From NCBI RefSeq assembly GCF_001194135.2, contig NC_068989.1, forward strand, positions 5,117,576 through 5,181,575: a DNA stretch of 64,000 nt. The letters are read 5' to 3'. A program made the translations under genes and the position numbers. This stretch comes from Octopus bimaculoides (lineage: Eukaryota). Below are positions 52,180 through 64,000 of this stretch, piece by piece. Each line of letters starts with the position of its first letter. Within the stretch, counting starts at the first letter, position 1. The notes beneath the pieces are model-generated. The model did no database searches, was not told the origin of the DNA, and saw nothing but the letters and a program-made list of their open reading frames with translations.

Positions 52180-52490
52180 GGACAGACACAAACATACACA
52201 TCATCATCATCGTTTAACGTCCGCTTTCCATGCTAGCAAATCGTCCAACCCATGCTAGCATGGAGAGCGGACGTTAAACGATGATGATGATGATATGTAT
52301 GTTTGTGTCTGTCCCCCCACCATCGCTTGACAACCGATGTTGGTGTGTTTACGTCCCCGTAACTTAGCAGTTTGGCAAAAGAGACCGCTAGAACAAGTAC
52401 TAGGCTTACAAAGATTAAGTCCTAGTGTCGATTTGTTCGACTAAGGGCGGTACTCCAGCATGGCTGCAGTTAAATGACTGAAAGAATATA
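51945..52490 (+). mobile_element. SINE family A containing a gap and an internal foldback
   Basis: Body and tail colinear with other copies; interrupted at about 52080-52300. Confidence 0.8.
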
Positions 52491-52500
52491 TATATATATT

Positions 52501-52897
52501 GTTGCTATCATGCAAAAGTGTCGTAAGTCCAAAACATTACTTTTTCAGAAAACGGAAAGATAGTTTCGCCATTCCATTTCTTTTTACATTAGCAACAGTT
52601 TCAGCTCAACAATAATACTTTGTTGGGTGCATAAAATCGTAACACCATGCATGTACGATGTTTTCAGTCAAATATTTTTGTAAAACTGTCGTATGTGGGA
52701 CTTACTACACTTTTGAAAAATGCTAAACTGTCGTACTACACTTTGACAATTTTCATATCTTGGCATCTGAAGGAGCTGCAGATATGATACTTTGACCAAA
52801 AAGAACCGGCTATTGCAAGCAAAATTAAATATTGAAAAAACAAAAAAAAAAACATTTGACCAAATTTGGGCATACGACAGTTTAACATAATAGCAAC
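52501..52897. mobile_element. 397-bp TIR element (MITE-like), superfamily unassigned
   Basis: 33-bp imperfect TIRs, GTTGCTATCATGCAAAAGTGTCGTAAGTCCAAA versus reverse-complemented GTTGCTATTATGTTAAACTGTCGTATGCCCAAA (6 mismatches). Internal copies of the TGTCGTA motif. Confidence 0.65.
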
Positions 52898-52924
52898 GAC
52901 ATACACACGCATATACACGAAGTG

Positions 52925-53285
52925 AGATTTGCAACCAGTTGGTTTCGGGTTCAGTAGCCTGCGTGGCACCTTGGGCAAGTGTCTTCAGACAGCTCAGGAT
53001 TAACCAATACCACGTGAGTGAATATGGTAGACGGAAATTGTGTGAAAGCCCGTCATGTATGTGTGTGTGTGTGTATCTTTGTCACGCCCCCGCTTGACAA
53101 CCGTTGTTGGTTTGCTTACGTCAACCTAACTTAGCGGTTCAGCAAAAACAGACCTATACAATAAGTAACAGACTAAAAAAGGGGAAAAAAATAACGTAAG
53201 TGGTGGATTTGTTCGACTAAAATCCCTCAAAGTGGTGCTCCGGCATGGCCACAGTCCAGTGACTGAAACAAGCAAAAGATAAAAG
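52925..53285 (+). mobile_element. SINE family A, full length
   Basis: Colinear with 37577-37940. Confidence 0.8.
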
Positions 53286-54353
53286 ATATATATATATACG
53301 CATGCTGATATATACATACACATTTACTAATGTGAAAATACAAAGACACTATCGAACACAGAACATTGAATAATGTAGTCTTGGATACACATTGTTAGAG
53401 TGGGGGGGGGGAGATGAAAAGAAAGAAAAACTTATGGCCACTAGTTGAATGCATTTCATCACATGTCTGCTCAAAGGGGGCTGACCTTGGGATAAATAAC
53501 AACCACCTGACTCGGTCCAGTTTTGAATTTAATAACGAAAGGACGAGATTAATTTTCTATTCAAATAATGCTCACATATACACAGCACGTTTTTAACAAC
53601 CACCAAGTCATTCATCAACTACCACATGTCACACACATATATGTAGGTATGTGTGTGTGTTGTGCACACACAAATACAATAAATTTGACAAGCTGTTATT
53701 TATATGTTCAGTATTCCTTTGTCAATAGTGAACTTAGAAACATCAAGTACGGCAAGGTAGGGCAAAGACAGTCAGCGTACTCAGAAAGAGAAGGGGGAGT
53801 AGGAGTAGGAGCTTTTGCTGAGGATGTTTGACCTTGAAATGTGTGGAGGGAGTACTTGCACCCTTCATTATTATTATTATTCTCTTTCGCTCCACTCACT
53901 AAATGTCAGAAAGTAAGAAAGAACTGGAACGTCTCTGCTTTAAGATTAGACCTAACGGCCTTGTAAGATTTCAGAAGAACTGCTTCGTTAAACCGAGAGC
54001 AACTACCACCCCAGTCTATGTAAAACGCAAGCACACACATGTGTAACGAAGAATTATGTATGCAAGCATGTAGTGTGTGTGTGTGTGTGTGTGTGCATAT
54101 ATATAATCATACGTCCCTTTCACTATTGTAATGTGTATGTAGGGGGGGGGGTTATGTGTGTACGTATATACATGTAGACGTCCTCTTTATGTATATAATA
54201 TACGCGCGTGTTTAAAAATTATTTTCGGCCTACAACCTTACGTGTGGTAACCTGCATTTAACCATAATCTTCATGCAAAAGGCACCGTCAAGAATTTGTG
54301 TATACTCACTCCCTTTACAAAGAGTAAATGATGGAGGGGGCGTTATAGATGTG

Positions 54354-54403
<50 letters not shown>

Positions 54404-55679
54404 CAGACACACACACACACAACGATGGCACATTTTCACATGGACAGCAAATTTTTTTTTAATGTTGCGTGTATGGGTATTCACTCATGCTATTTGCAAA
54501 TGAATGAATGAATGAATACATATAACTTGAGTATCCACCTGTTGTCTGTTCGTGTATATAACATATATATTTCATAGAATGGAATATATATCAATTAGTA
54601 CGTACGTACACACCTAATTGAGTGTTATAAAAATGTAATTCTCAAGCTAGCATGAATGTACGTGTATAAATGATGAGTTTACAAAGAGAACATACTGTTG
54701 GAGTTGTTTTATAATCTGTGTCCATGTTTGGTTGCTAGTAGCAGTGGCAACAAGTCAATTTTCTTCAGCAACCTGAACTCATTAACGCGCGAGCCGGTTT
54801 CTAATCTCGCTTTTACCCATTTCGCTATTAAACATGGAAAAACAAAAATTGCAATTAAACATAGAAGCGCGTATATCACTATCCCTTTCTAATAAAGAAA
54901 GGATAAAGAGATACCTCCCTGAGGTCTTTCATGAGCTGTGTTACGACATCATTTACTATATATATATATATAGTCTAAGAATATACAAATGAGGGACATT
55001 CAGATATATTCATGCATACATATGAAATCATATCCGTGTATCGCCATCTCTTTTCCTTAAAAATACGTGTGTATGTTTATGTGTGTGTGTGTATACGTGG
55101 GTGTGTGGGTGTCTATAGATATGTGGGTGTATATATATACGTGGGTGTATATATATATATATATATTTATATCCACACACCCACATGTGTATACACGGTG
55201 TGTAATATCAGTGTTTCAATATTTGTCTGTTTCACTTGCTCGTAACATTCACCAAACAACATACATACATTATTACACACGTTGTGTGGTAGAACAGAAA
55301 GAAAGAAACTTGTGGTGTGCTACTATCACACAGATTCAACATACCATTATAGTATAGATAGCTATTGTCAAGATACTGTATTTTCTTTCGTTAGTTAACA
55401 TTCCTATAAACCCAACCAAATGAAAATAGCCATCAAAACACAGCACAGCTTATCGCAAATGTCATTATTATTAACTGATTGATTATACAGACGTTTACTA
55501 TTAAATGAAATAGAAATTTATTTTTAAAAGCTTATCAAGCGAAGGAAAAATGAGCTGGACTTTGGCCGTGTTATTAACGACTCTGGTCAGTATAGCAACA
55601 GAATTTTGCCGTTGTTACATATAGCAAGTGTTTATTCATGTATTAATGCATAGTATAGATATCTGATATCGAAGTATGT

Positions 55680-55718
<39 letters not shown>

Positions 55719-55845
55719 ATGCTATAATCCTTGGAGACGAATTTTTTTTTTTTTTTTTCATCAAGACCCATCGATCGACAACTAGTTCATTAATGCTGTT
55801 GTAAGCTTTATATGACGAAAATGTGTATGTATGTATGTGTGTATG

Positions 55846-55878
<33 letters not shown>

Positions 55879-55982
55879 ATAGACACACGTACATTTTTGT
55901 CATTGATAATTATGTGTAACTACCTGATGCATTTGAATAACAATTTGCATACGCTGATTTGTAGTTCAGCAAGTGAAGCTGC

Positions 55983-56062
<80 letters not shown>

Positions 56063-56134
56063 GTAATTTCTTTAGCTGTAAGGATCATGGACTTCTTGAA
56101 CAAGACAACCACTATACAAGCTTAAGAGTGTGAG

Positions 56135-56330
56135 CCACTTCATAGTCGATCGAACCGCTAGTAATAGCAGCCAAATACCCTTTAAACCATATTCTACTAT
56201 CGTAGACAAGGATATGTTACAAAAACGATCCTAAAACATAGGAAAAATGATAAAACATGATGGTCATGACAAGACTGCCTTCGATCATAAACAGATCTCT
56301 GCTCGATCCGGGCAGACCTGGGGCTAAACA
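56135..56330 (+). repeat. Dispersed repeat family E (representative copy)
   Basis: GCTAGAAATAGCAGCCAAAT...ATGTAGTCCTAGATAC...GATGGTCATG...CTGCTCGATCAGGG...CCTGGGGCTAAACAAC-like sequence recurs at about 3105-3200, 14150-14335, 16110-16270, 20370-20720, 53350-53510, 57750-57975(-) and 58240-58450. Confidence 0.65.
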
Positions 56331-56777
56331 ACATACTCTATCATACATTTATTTAAAATATATTCAACAATGCCGTGTAAGGTATCCAAGATGGGAATGG
56401 AATTATCATAGAGACCGATTCAATAACGATTTTCTTAACATAGGCATAAGATCGGCCTCAGCATCAGAGAGGCTAGTGGGAGTTCATTGAGACCGTGTTT
56501 CATGTTCATGCTTTTCCTCGTTGACTCGAGTGACATAAATATCCATCATAATCACCATCGATAAAATCAACAGCTAAAGTGTTAAACAGGAAACAGCAGT
56601 ATTTAATCATTCATTACACACACACACACTATATACATACATATATATATAGAGAGACATACATAAACGGTATACACGCCATGCTTGCGTGTATGTTACA
56701 TGAAAAAATGTATTTGACCGCTATGTTAAATATAGTTTATATTCATTATATATTATATACACATGCATACACCATAT

Positions 56778-56808
<31 letters not shown>

Positions 56809-59200
56809 NNNNNNNNNNNNNNNNNNNNNNNNNNNNNNNNNNNNNNNNNNNNNNNNNNNNNNNNNNNNNNNNNNNNNNNNNNNNNNNNNNNNNNNNNNNN
56901 NNNNNNNNNNNNNNNNNNNNNNNNNNNNNNNNNNNNNNNNNNNNNNNNNNNNNNNNNNNNNNNNNNNNNNNNNNNNNNNNNNNNNNNNNNNNNNNNNNNN
57001 NNNNNNNNNNNNNNNNNNNNNNNNNNNNNNNNNNNNNNNNNNNNNNNNNNNNNNNNNNNNATAAGTATCGTTAAATTTTTGTGCATTTGGTGAAAGCAAA
57101 TATCGATGTAAATTTCTTTTGTCATTTGGTATTGTTTTTCTCCTAAGAAAGAGAGCTGAAATATTCCAAAGGAATACATATATATGAGATATTGTGGTAT
57201 TCATGTAGTTCCCGGGGTATTCTAAGTGACATTAAGTGAAGTAAAATGGCTAAAATTATGAATATAAACCGCGAGGTCCCCTCCCCAACCATCTGTTTTC
57301 ATTAGGAGCTTCACCTCTTAATCTACAGGCACTTGCCAATTAATTGATTAATATACAATAATGATTTGTTTACTATGTAAACATAGAATTAGAATAGAGG
57401 CTAAAAATATAAAACGAAGCGGTTTTGATGCCTTTCCAAAAAGCATTATTTTATGTGAAATGGTTTCGCAGCCAGGAATCGAAACCATGTTTGGTCGCAG
57501 ACTCGACCAGCCGATATGGTTTACATATAAGTGATACGTTAGCGAATGATTTTCTGAGATTGGCAGAAAGCCAGAAATTTGTTAGTAAGGATGTGGGGAC
57601 GATATGATAAACTGAATCGTCCACAGTATATTACCAGGTACTTATTTTGTTCGTCCTAAAAGAACTGAGGTGTAGCGAATTCCAGCGAAATCTGAACTTG
57701 AAAACAAGACAACTAAAATTCAATCTAGTTTTTAAATTCCGATATCAAACATATTTGTTCACTCCATGCTTAGCTCTGATCGAGTAAAAAAAAATGATTA
57801 AAAACATTCCAACAATGGCCATCCCTCCTTTTTCTACAGGCAGTGTATGTAAGACTACATCGGTCATTTAATAAACGAAGATCAGTTTATCGAATGTGTC
57901 CGTTACCTTTTTTAAGGTGATAGGTTGTGACATGAAGATTTGGCTGCTATTTCTAGAAGATCGGTCAAACCATGTAGAAGTTACCTTATTGACAGGCTAT
58001 TTATCTTAACCGGTCTCTTTTCACAATAAAATTAGCGAAGTGGTTCACCAAATAAATATCTTTACTGTTGCATCGCTTCAGATTGGGTTGCTGTAGCTTG
58101 TACTGACCAACACTAGTAAACAACGTCCTCAATATCCCTACAAATGGGGTGGTCACTATTGGTCTGCTTTCGATCATAGACCTGCTCAATTAGACTTGAC
58201 TTGAGGCTGAATAAACAACATCTGTTAGACGAGCCATTAAAAGAATCCCTATGTGGTCCGATCTGCTAGAAAAAGCAGCTAACTTTCAGATCCTACACTT
58301 TATCAACTTAAAAAAACAAAAACCGAAAAAGATAATGTAGTCTTAGATACAGAATCTTAGAAATAAAAGATATGGTCGTGGATGGAACGACTCTATAGAT
58401 CTGTCTTGCTCGATAACTGAATGAGACGACTGGGGTTGCTAAACACCAACACCAACCGGCATTAACCCCTTAGTTTAATTATTCAATTATTTATTTATTT
58501 TGTATTCCTGTGGAGAAAATAAAACCATTTATTTATACACGAAGAATATTTTTTTTAAGAGAGCAAAAACCGAAAGTTGTGAAGGAGAACGGATTTCTAT
58601 TCCAATTTTTTCTTCAAACAGAAATACAAATCTATGTAAAGGAATCTATTTAAAGAAAAAAACGTGAAATAACAAAGGTGAAGATAACGAGAGAAAAAAA
58701 AAATAACCCACACATGCACAATTATAATTCATCTTCATCATTATTTTTAATCCTAGACACCAAGGCCAGACATTGGAGAAGGATTACAGTGGATTAATTA
58801 TATCATCGAACCTCAACCTCTCCAACTGAAGGAAGGAAGGATCGACTCGACCCCGGCGGGACTTGAACTCACAATCTGAGGGGACGTAAAGCGTTAGTTT
58901 GTTCGTNNNNNNNNNNNNNNNNNNNNNNNNNNNNNNNNNNNNNNNNNNNNNNNNNNNNNNNNNNNNNNNNNNNNNNNNNNNNNNNNNNNNNNNNNNNNNN
59001 NNNNNNNNNNNNNNNNNNNNNNNNNNNNNNNNNNNNNNNNNNNNNNNNNNNNNNNNNNNNNNNNNNNNNNNNNNNNNNNNNNNNNNNNNNNNNNNNNNNN
59101 NNNNNNNNNNNNNNNNNNNNNNNNNNNNNNNNNNNNNNNNNNNNNNNNNNNNNNNNNNNNNNNNNNNNNNNNNNNNNNNNNNNNNNNNNNNNNNNNNNNN

Positions 59201-59233
<33 letters not shown>

Positions 59234-61296
59234 AAATCGCACGCATGCAGGATTACAATAAGAAAAACAAATTGAATTCCTCACCCAAAAAGCCGTTGGT
59301 ACAAGAACTAAATATCCAGAATGGTAAATGTGTTTCAATATATATATATAATTTATATATATGTATATAAATCCAGAAGTTTTGTGGACAGACTTCACCA
59401 CTCACCACCACACGTGGGGGTTAAAAAGGGGGCTAGCTAAAGCAGATTTAACTGGCCCCGTTTAACCTCAATATTCCATATTCCTTTTCAGTAGTATCTC
59501 TCCCTGTCTTTTTCGGGGTTTTTCAAGTCTTGTGATTGAGTAACGGTTGAATATATACCACCAGGAGGTAGATATGATCTTACGTAATAAAAGCTCTGTT
59601 TTCTTAAATTAGGAAACCCCTGCTTAAGGTTTCAGTTGAGATATAATTTTCTATTATATATATATATTCTTTCCGGTGAATGTCGATCTGTCTGTGTACA
59701 TGAGAGATAGAAAGAAGAAAACACAAGCAGTCAGTAAATGTGAATCAATCCATGATAGAAAATATAGTAACGATAAATAGCTCCAATGTTGCTTTAAATA
59801 AATATCTGAATTTGTTTGTGTTGTATATATAAAATGTGTGTGTGCGTACGAGTATATATATATGCGGAGGTTATGTGTGTGTGTGTGTGTGAATGGAAAT
59901 GTGTTTCTAATGTATCAAACACGTTCTTCGAAACATCAACTGGTGACAATGGCAAGTTTAAAAGATATCGTTTCAGGTATGTTGTAGATAAGGTATGAGT
60001 GTGTGTGCAGAAGGAAAAAAAAATTGGTTAGATGGACAGATGTATATACATATATATATATATATATATATGTTTGTAACTAACTGCTTATATACATGTA
60101 AATGTTATTTACAAGATCTGAGTGTAAATTCCTTGTCTTCTTTCCGTATTCGTGTCTCCCAATTTATAAAAATATATATATATAGTGTTGTGGTTGTGGC
60201 CAAAGACAACTGTTATAAAGCCTACCAGCTTTATAACGTGCCGTAGAGTCCTGGCCTTCAGAACTCATCTGCTTCTGTTCTTTTCTCGTCAGCCGGGCTG
60301 AGTGCTGGTATGAAGGGGAGGAGGTATGCTAACAAAGAGAGGAAAAGACGGAGGGGAGGGAAGAGTGAAAGATAAGAGAGATAGAGAGATAGAGACGAGG
60401 AAGGAGGTAAATTAGTATCTGTCGCCTAATAACTAAGGTTGTAGTGGCAGTGGCAGCAGTCGCGGCAGGAGGAGATATGGGGAGAGAGTGTGAGTGAAGA
60501 TGTAGAGAGAAAATATTAAAAAGAATAGAAATAAAATAAAAGAGAGAGAGAGAGAGAGGGAAAGATATGCAACAGTAGAGAGAGAAAAGAAATACGGAAG
60601 AATAAGAGAAATGAGGAAAACAATAAAAAGTGAGGAAGATAAGGAAAAGGAAACGAAGAAAATATAGAAGGAGTGGGGGATAAAAAGCAAGAAAGAGGAA
60701 ACGAGAGAAGACGAGTGTGACAAGGAGAGGGAGGGGGCACTTACGCACACACACACATATGCATATGTACACACATATCTGTCTCTCTGTCGGTCTCTCT
60801 CTCTCTCTCTCCCTACACACACACACACACACACGCATACACACTGTTGATAGGCTGGTTACAGCAGTATTTGTCGTGAGATAACATCTCTCATGGACGT
60901 GCTGTGTTAAAAGCAATAAATATCGGAAGGAGACGAGAAATTACATTAGCAGCAGCCGGCGAGAAAGCGAGATGGATTTCGGCCATTTTGGACATTTTGA
61001 ATGCGGAATGAGACGATTAGGCGTGGCTGCTTAGACGCTGACGGCTTGGTACGGCTGACTAGACATTCAGCCTGGTTTGCTGACGGTATGATTTGGGTCT
61101 GGAGACAAACACACTCGCGTGCATGCGCCCAGAAATATACACATTCAGATAGAGAAGTAGAAAGGCATTACACATATATACAAACATAACTAAAGAGAGG
61201 GAGAGAAAGAAGGAGAGAGAGAGAGAGAGAGAGAGGCGAGATATTAAGACATCTGATGTCAAATAAGTCAGCGTCGAATCATTGATACCAAATAAT

Positions 61297-61611
61297 TGAC
61301 ACTCAGTCGGTTATGACGACGAGGGTTCCAATTGATTCGATCAGCAGAACAGCCGGCTCGTGAAATTAACGCGCAAGTGGCGGAATACTCCACAGATACA
61401 CGTACTCTTAACATAAATTCAGGGAGATTCAGCGTGACACAGAATGTGGAAAGGATGGCTCTTTGCATTACACGGACTGCTCATTTTTGCCAGCTGAGTG
61501 GACTGGGGCAATGTGAAATAATGTTTTGTTCAAGATCACAACGCGCCGCCGGACATCGAACTCACGACCTTATGATCGTGAGCCCAATGCCCTAACCACT
61601 AAGCCACGTAC
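61297..61611 (-). mobile_element. tRNA-derived SINE family K (conserved central domain, possibly CORE-like)
   Basis: Head TGGCTTAGTGGTTAG (A-box)...GAGTTCGATGTCC (B-box); central CACATTGCCCCAGTCCACTCAGCTGGCAAAAATGAG. Paralogues at about 26490-26704(-) and 27972-28551(+). Confidence 0.8.
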
Positions 61612-62351
61612 CATCGATGCCAAATAGACAGTGCCATAACGACTCGTAACTGTTTTTCAAATATTCTGTATTTTATGCATAGTAACCAGAGTAACCTTCA
61701 TAATTCTATTGAATTAAGTGCAAATTTTGCCATAAAAGGAAAATGTTGCTATCGATCTATTTTATGCAAGGTAGGCACTGTCTACCTTGCCTACGTTGGC
61801 GGCATGTCCATGGTATACGCATTAAATCTAATACACAGACGGATGTTTTAATTCAATACTGCTTCCGTTACGTAAACGGGATTTTTATTCAGCTGGGCAG
61901 CGCTTCACTTCATCAGTGAATGGTTCATTCATTTTTCCCTACATCGAAGGTGACGAATTGTCGTCCATGCATGTGATTGGTTGCAAGTACACATCATTCA
62001 AAAGGCTGAAATGCATCTGGCGTTCTCGCTGGTAGCTTCTAGCGCGAATTTTCGTTTCCCTCCAATATTTATTGTGTATTTAACACAGCACGTCCATTAG
62101 AGATGTCAACTCCGAACGAATATCGCAGTAACTGGCCTTTCAAGTGTGTGTATACATTAAGTATGATACATAGATGGGTTTTTTAAAATTTACTACTGTC
62201 TCATTTGTATATAACGGGTATCTTTTTTCTTTTAGTTGTTTCAGGCATTAAACAGCGGCCATTCTGAGGCATCGTCTTGAAGGGCTTAGTCTAAAAAATC
62301 GATTTCAGTACTTATATTTTTTCTCTAGTCTGGTACTTTTCTACTGGTCTC

Positions 62352-62648
62352 ATCGATCTACCCATACACACTTCTATGCGGTAGAATGCTGCCCCCGTAT
62401 TATAATGAAAGCCTGCGATGAATTTCAGCCCCTGACACACCTTCAGCCCAGAGAAATGGAATCACTGATCTTCGTTCTTCCTCGGTGTACACTGCCAGTG
62501 GAGCCGCCATGTTTACTCTATAACACAAGAAAGAAAGCTAGGGAGATTAAGGTGTCAAACTTCGGTTGTGAAACCTCAAGAATACTACCTTTTAGTACGC
62601 GAGCGGTGAAGGTTTGGGTAAAAATGCGGAAAATTCTGATATCCCTCT
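62352..62648 (-). mobile_element. Mariner (Tc1/mariner) transposon 5' fragment with pseudogenised transposase N-terminus
   Basis: ATG at 62510 gives MAAPLAVYTEEERRSVIPFLWAEGVSGAEIHRRLSL*YGGSILPHRSVYG*IDE, a mariner N-terminal HTH pattern with two in-frame stops. A TIR-like GAGGGATATCAGAATTTTCCGCA lies at about 62647-62625. Confidence 0.8.
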
Positions 62649-63334
62649 CTCTCTCTCTATATATATTCCATTTTCCGTCTTTCATTTGCCATATATATAT
62701 ATATATATATATACCAGGAGTCCGTGGGGTGATGTGGGGCAGATGTTACATTACTCGAAATTGGGGCTAAAATTTAAAGTTTAAAGTATTAGGGATAATG
62801 CCAGCAACATGAAGGATCAATTTTTCAGAGAGCATTTCATGACGGCACGCCTTCGGTATTGATAAGCATCATCATTTAGCCACAGAACCTTCCCTCATGA
62901 CATAAATAAAGAGGCTGGCCTGGAAAAGAGGGTGAATGACATCATCTCCTCGTACCCAAATACCGAAGGGTCGCCTTAATGGCAAAACGAAGAGGTGTGT
63001 TTGTTGCTTGGTATTTCTATTTTCTTTTCCCCATTTATATTTTCCCTTTTTTATATACATAAACATGGCGTTATTCTAAAATTTCAAAATATAACCAGTT
63101 TTCGACCTTTTGTCTGAAAGCTCACATTTTTTCTTGATTTTTATCCAAGTTCATTGCCATGAGAGTAAAACTATATTTTATATACAATTATACGTCAAGT
63201 GATGTGTGAACACTATGAAGTGTATATTTATTTACTTATTTATTTATTTATTTGTATTGAAACCTATTAAATCTACATTAAATAGTTTTGTATGCTTTTA
63301 TTTCAACAATAAAATGATGTCTTTCGTTATTCAC

Positions 63335-63465
63335 TCGTTTCAGTCTCTGGACTGTGACCTTGTTGGCTTTAGAGGAACAAATCGATACCAGTAATTATCT
63401 TTTTTTTTTTTTTTTTGAAGTCTGGTACTGGATTTTTAAAAATGTTTTCAAGAGGGGACAAACAT

Positions 63466-63497
<32 letters not shown>

Positions 63498-63780
63498 GCA
63501 CACACACACACAAGCACACACGACGGGCTTCCACATAGTCTCCATCGGCGGAGGTAAAGAATACGCACACCACCCGTCCTCGGCGTAACCCTAACCCTAA
63601 TCCTAAACACTGGGTGTGCGTATTCTTTACCTTCACCGTCTCCGTCAACCACATTCACTCACATGGCACTGGTCGGCTCGGACCTATAGTAGAAGACACT
63701 AGTCCAATGTGTTGTATAGTGCAACTGAACTCGCAACCACATTGTTGCAAAGCTACCTTCTTAACCACATAGCCATACCT
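63335..63780 (-). mobile_element. SINE family A with a nested 93-bp TIR element
   Basis: Reverse-complement tail, body and head are present, interrupted at 63546-63638. Confidence 0.8.
63546..63638. mobile_element. 93-bp MITE: 26-bp TIRs, 7-bp TSD, internal TAACCC repeats
   Basis: TIRs at 63546-63571 and 63613-63638 with 2 mismatches. TSD TCTCCAT (63539-63545) and TCTCCGT (63639-63645). Confidence 0.85.
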
Positions 63781-64000
63781 GATATATATATATATATATA
63801 TATATATCGTGCATCTGCTCTCTCCCCCCGAACCCACCCTGCCGTTTCCCGCCTCCCTTTTCCCCTCACCTACCATCCCACCACCCTACCCCTCCAACGC
63901 TCCATTCTCCGAGATTTTCGGCGCCTCCAGTCCGACCCCTCCACCTCCCACATCTTCCCTAATCGACCCCTCCCCTCCTTCAAACGAGCCCACAACCTAT

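Noticed and set aside
54720-54815. Minus-strand peptides KSEIRNRLA and LLPLLLATK resembling RTE RT motifs
   Set aside because: Separated by stops, with no flanking YLG or other RT motifs; probably coincidence.
55550-55624. 24-codon ORF resembling a signal peptide (MSWTLAVLLTTLVSIATEFCRCYI)
   Set aside because: Too short, with no convincing donor or mature peptide; hydrophobic small ORFs are common in AT-rich DNA.
10204-59401. Long ORFs containing X runs or (IY)n, (CV)n, (TH)n peptides
   Set aside because: They span N-gaps and microsatellites and carry no protein signal.
60212-60237. Small perfect hairpins (10 bp here; 9 bp at 9979-10002 and about 61787-61811)
   Set aside because: Stems this short, and AT-rich here, are near chance expectation in 64 kb, with no supporting context.

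Overview
AT-rich, microsatellite-saturated eukaryotic DNA from a gapped draft assembly. The repeat style points to a cephalopod, most likely Octopus (inference). Only one host gene is well supported: TMEM198 on the minus strand, with two coding exons (5148-4944 and 1855-1292) joined by a canonical phase-1 GT-AG intron. Its later exons were not found in 1-1285 and probably lie left of the window. A strong acceptor at 5346 implies at least one upstream non-coding exon. The remaining ~58 kb is intron or intergenic DNA holding dozens of tRNA-derived SINEs (labelled A, B, K, P and E here for convenience only), decayed RTE LINE and mariner fragments, several TIR elements and Helentron/HINE-like repeats. 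Nearly all other ORFs in the track are artefacts of microsatellites, SINEs or N-gaps. I found no new protein-coding system. The most interesting candidate is a tRNA-headed SINE present in two copies whose 3' part carries a decayed minimal hammerhead-ribozyme motif of the Penelope type. Other leads are a 93-bp TIR element with telomere-like repeats, several foldback structures, and 3'-tail swapping among SINEs. Repeat boundaries were set by eye and are approximate unless stated as exact.
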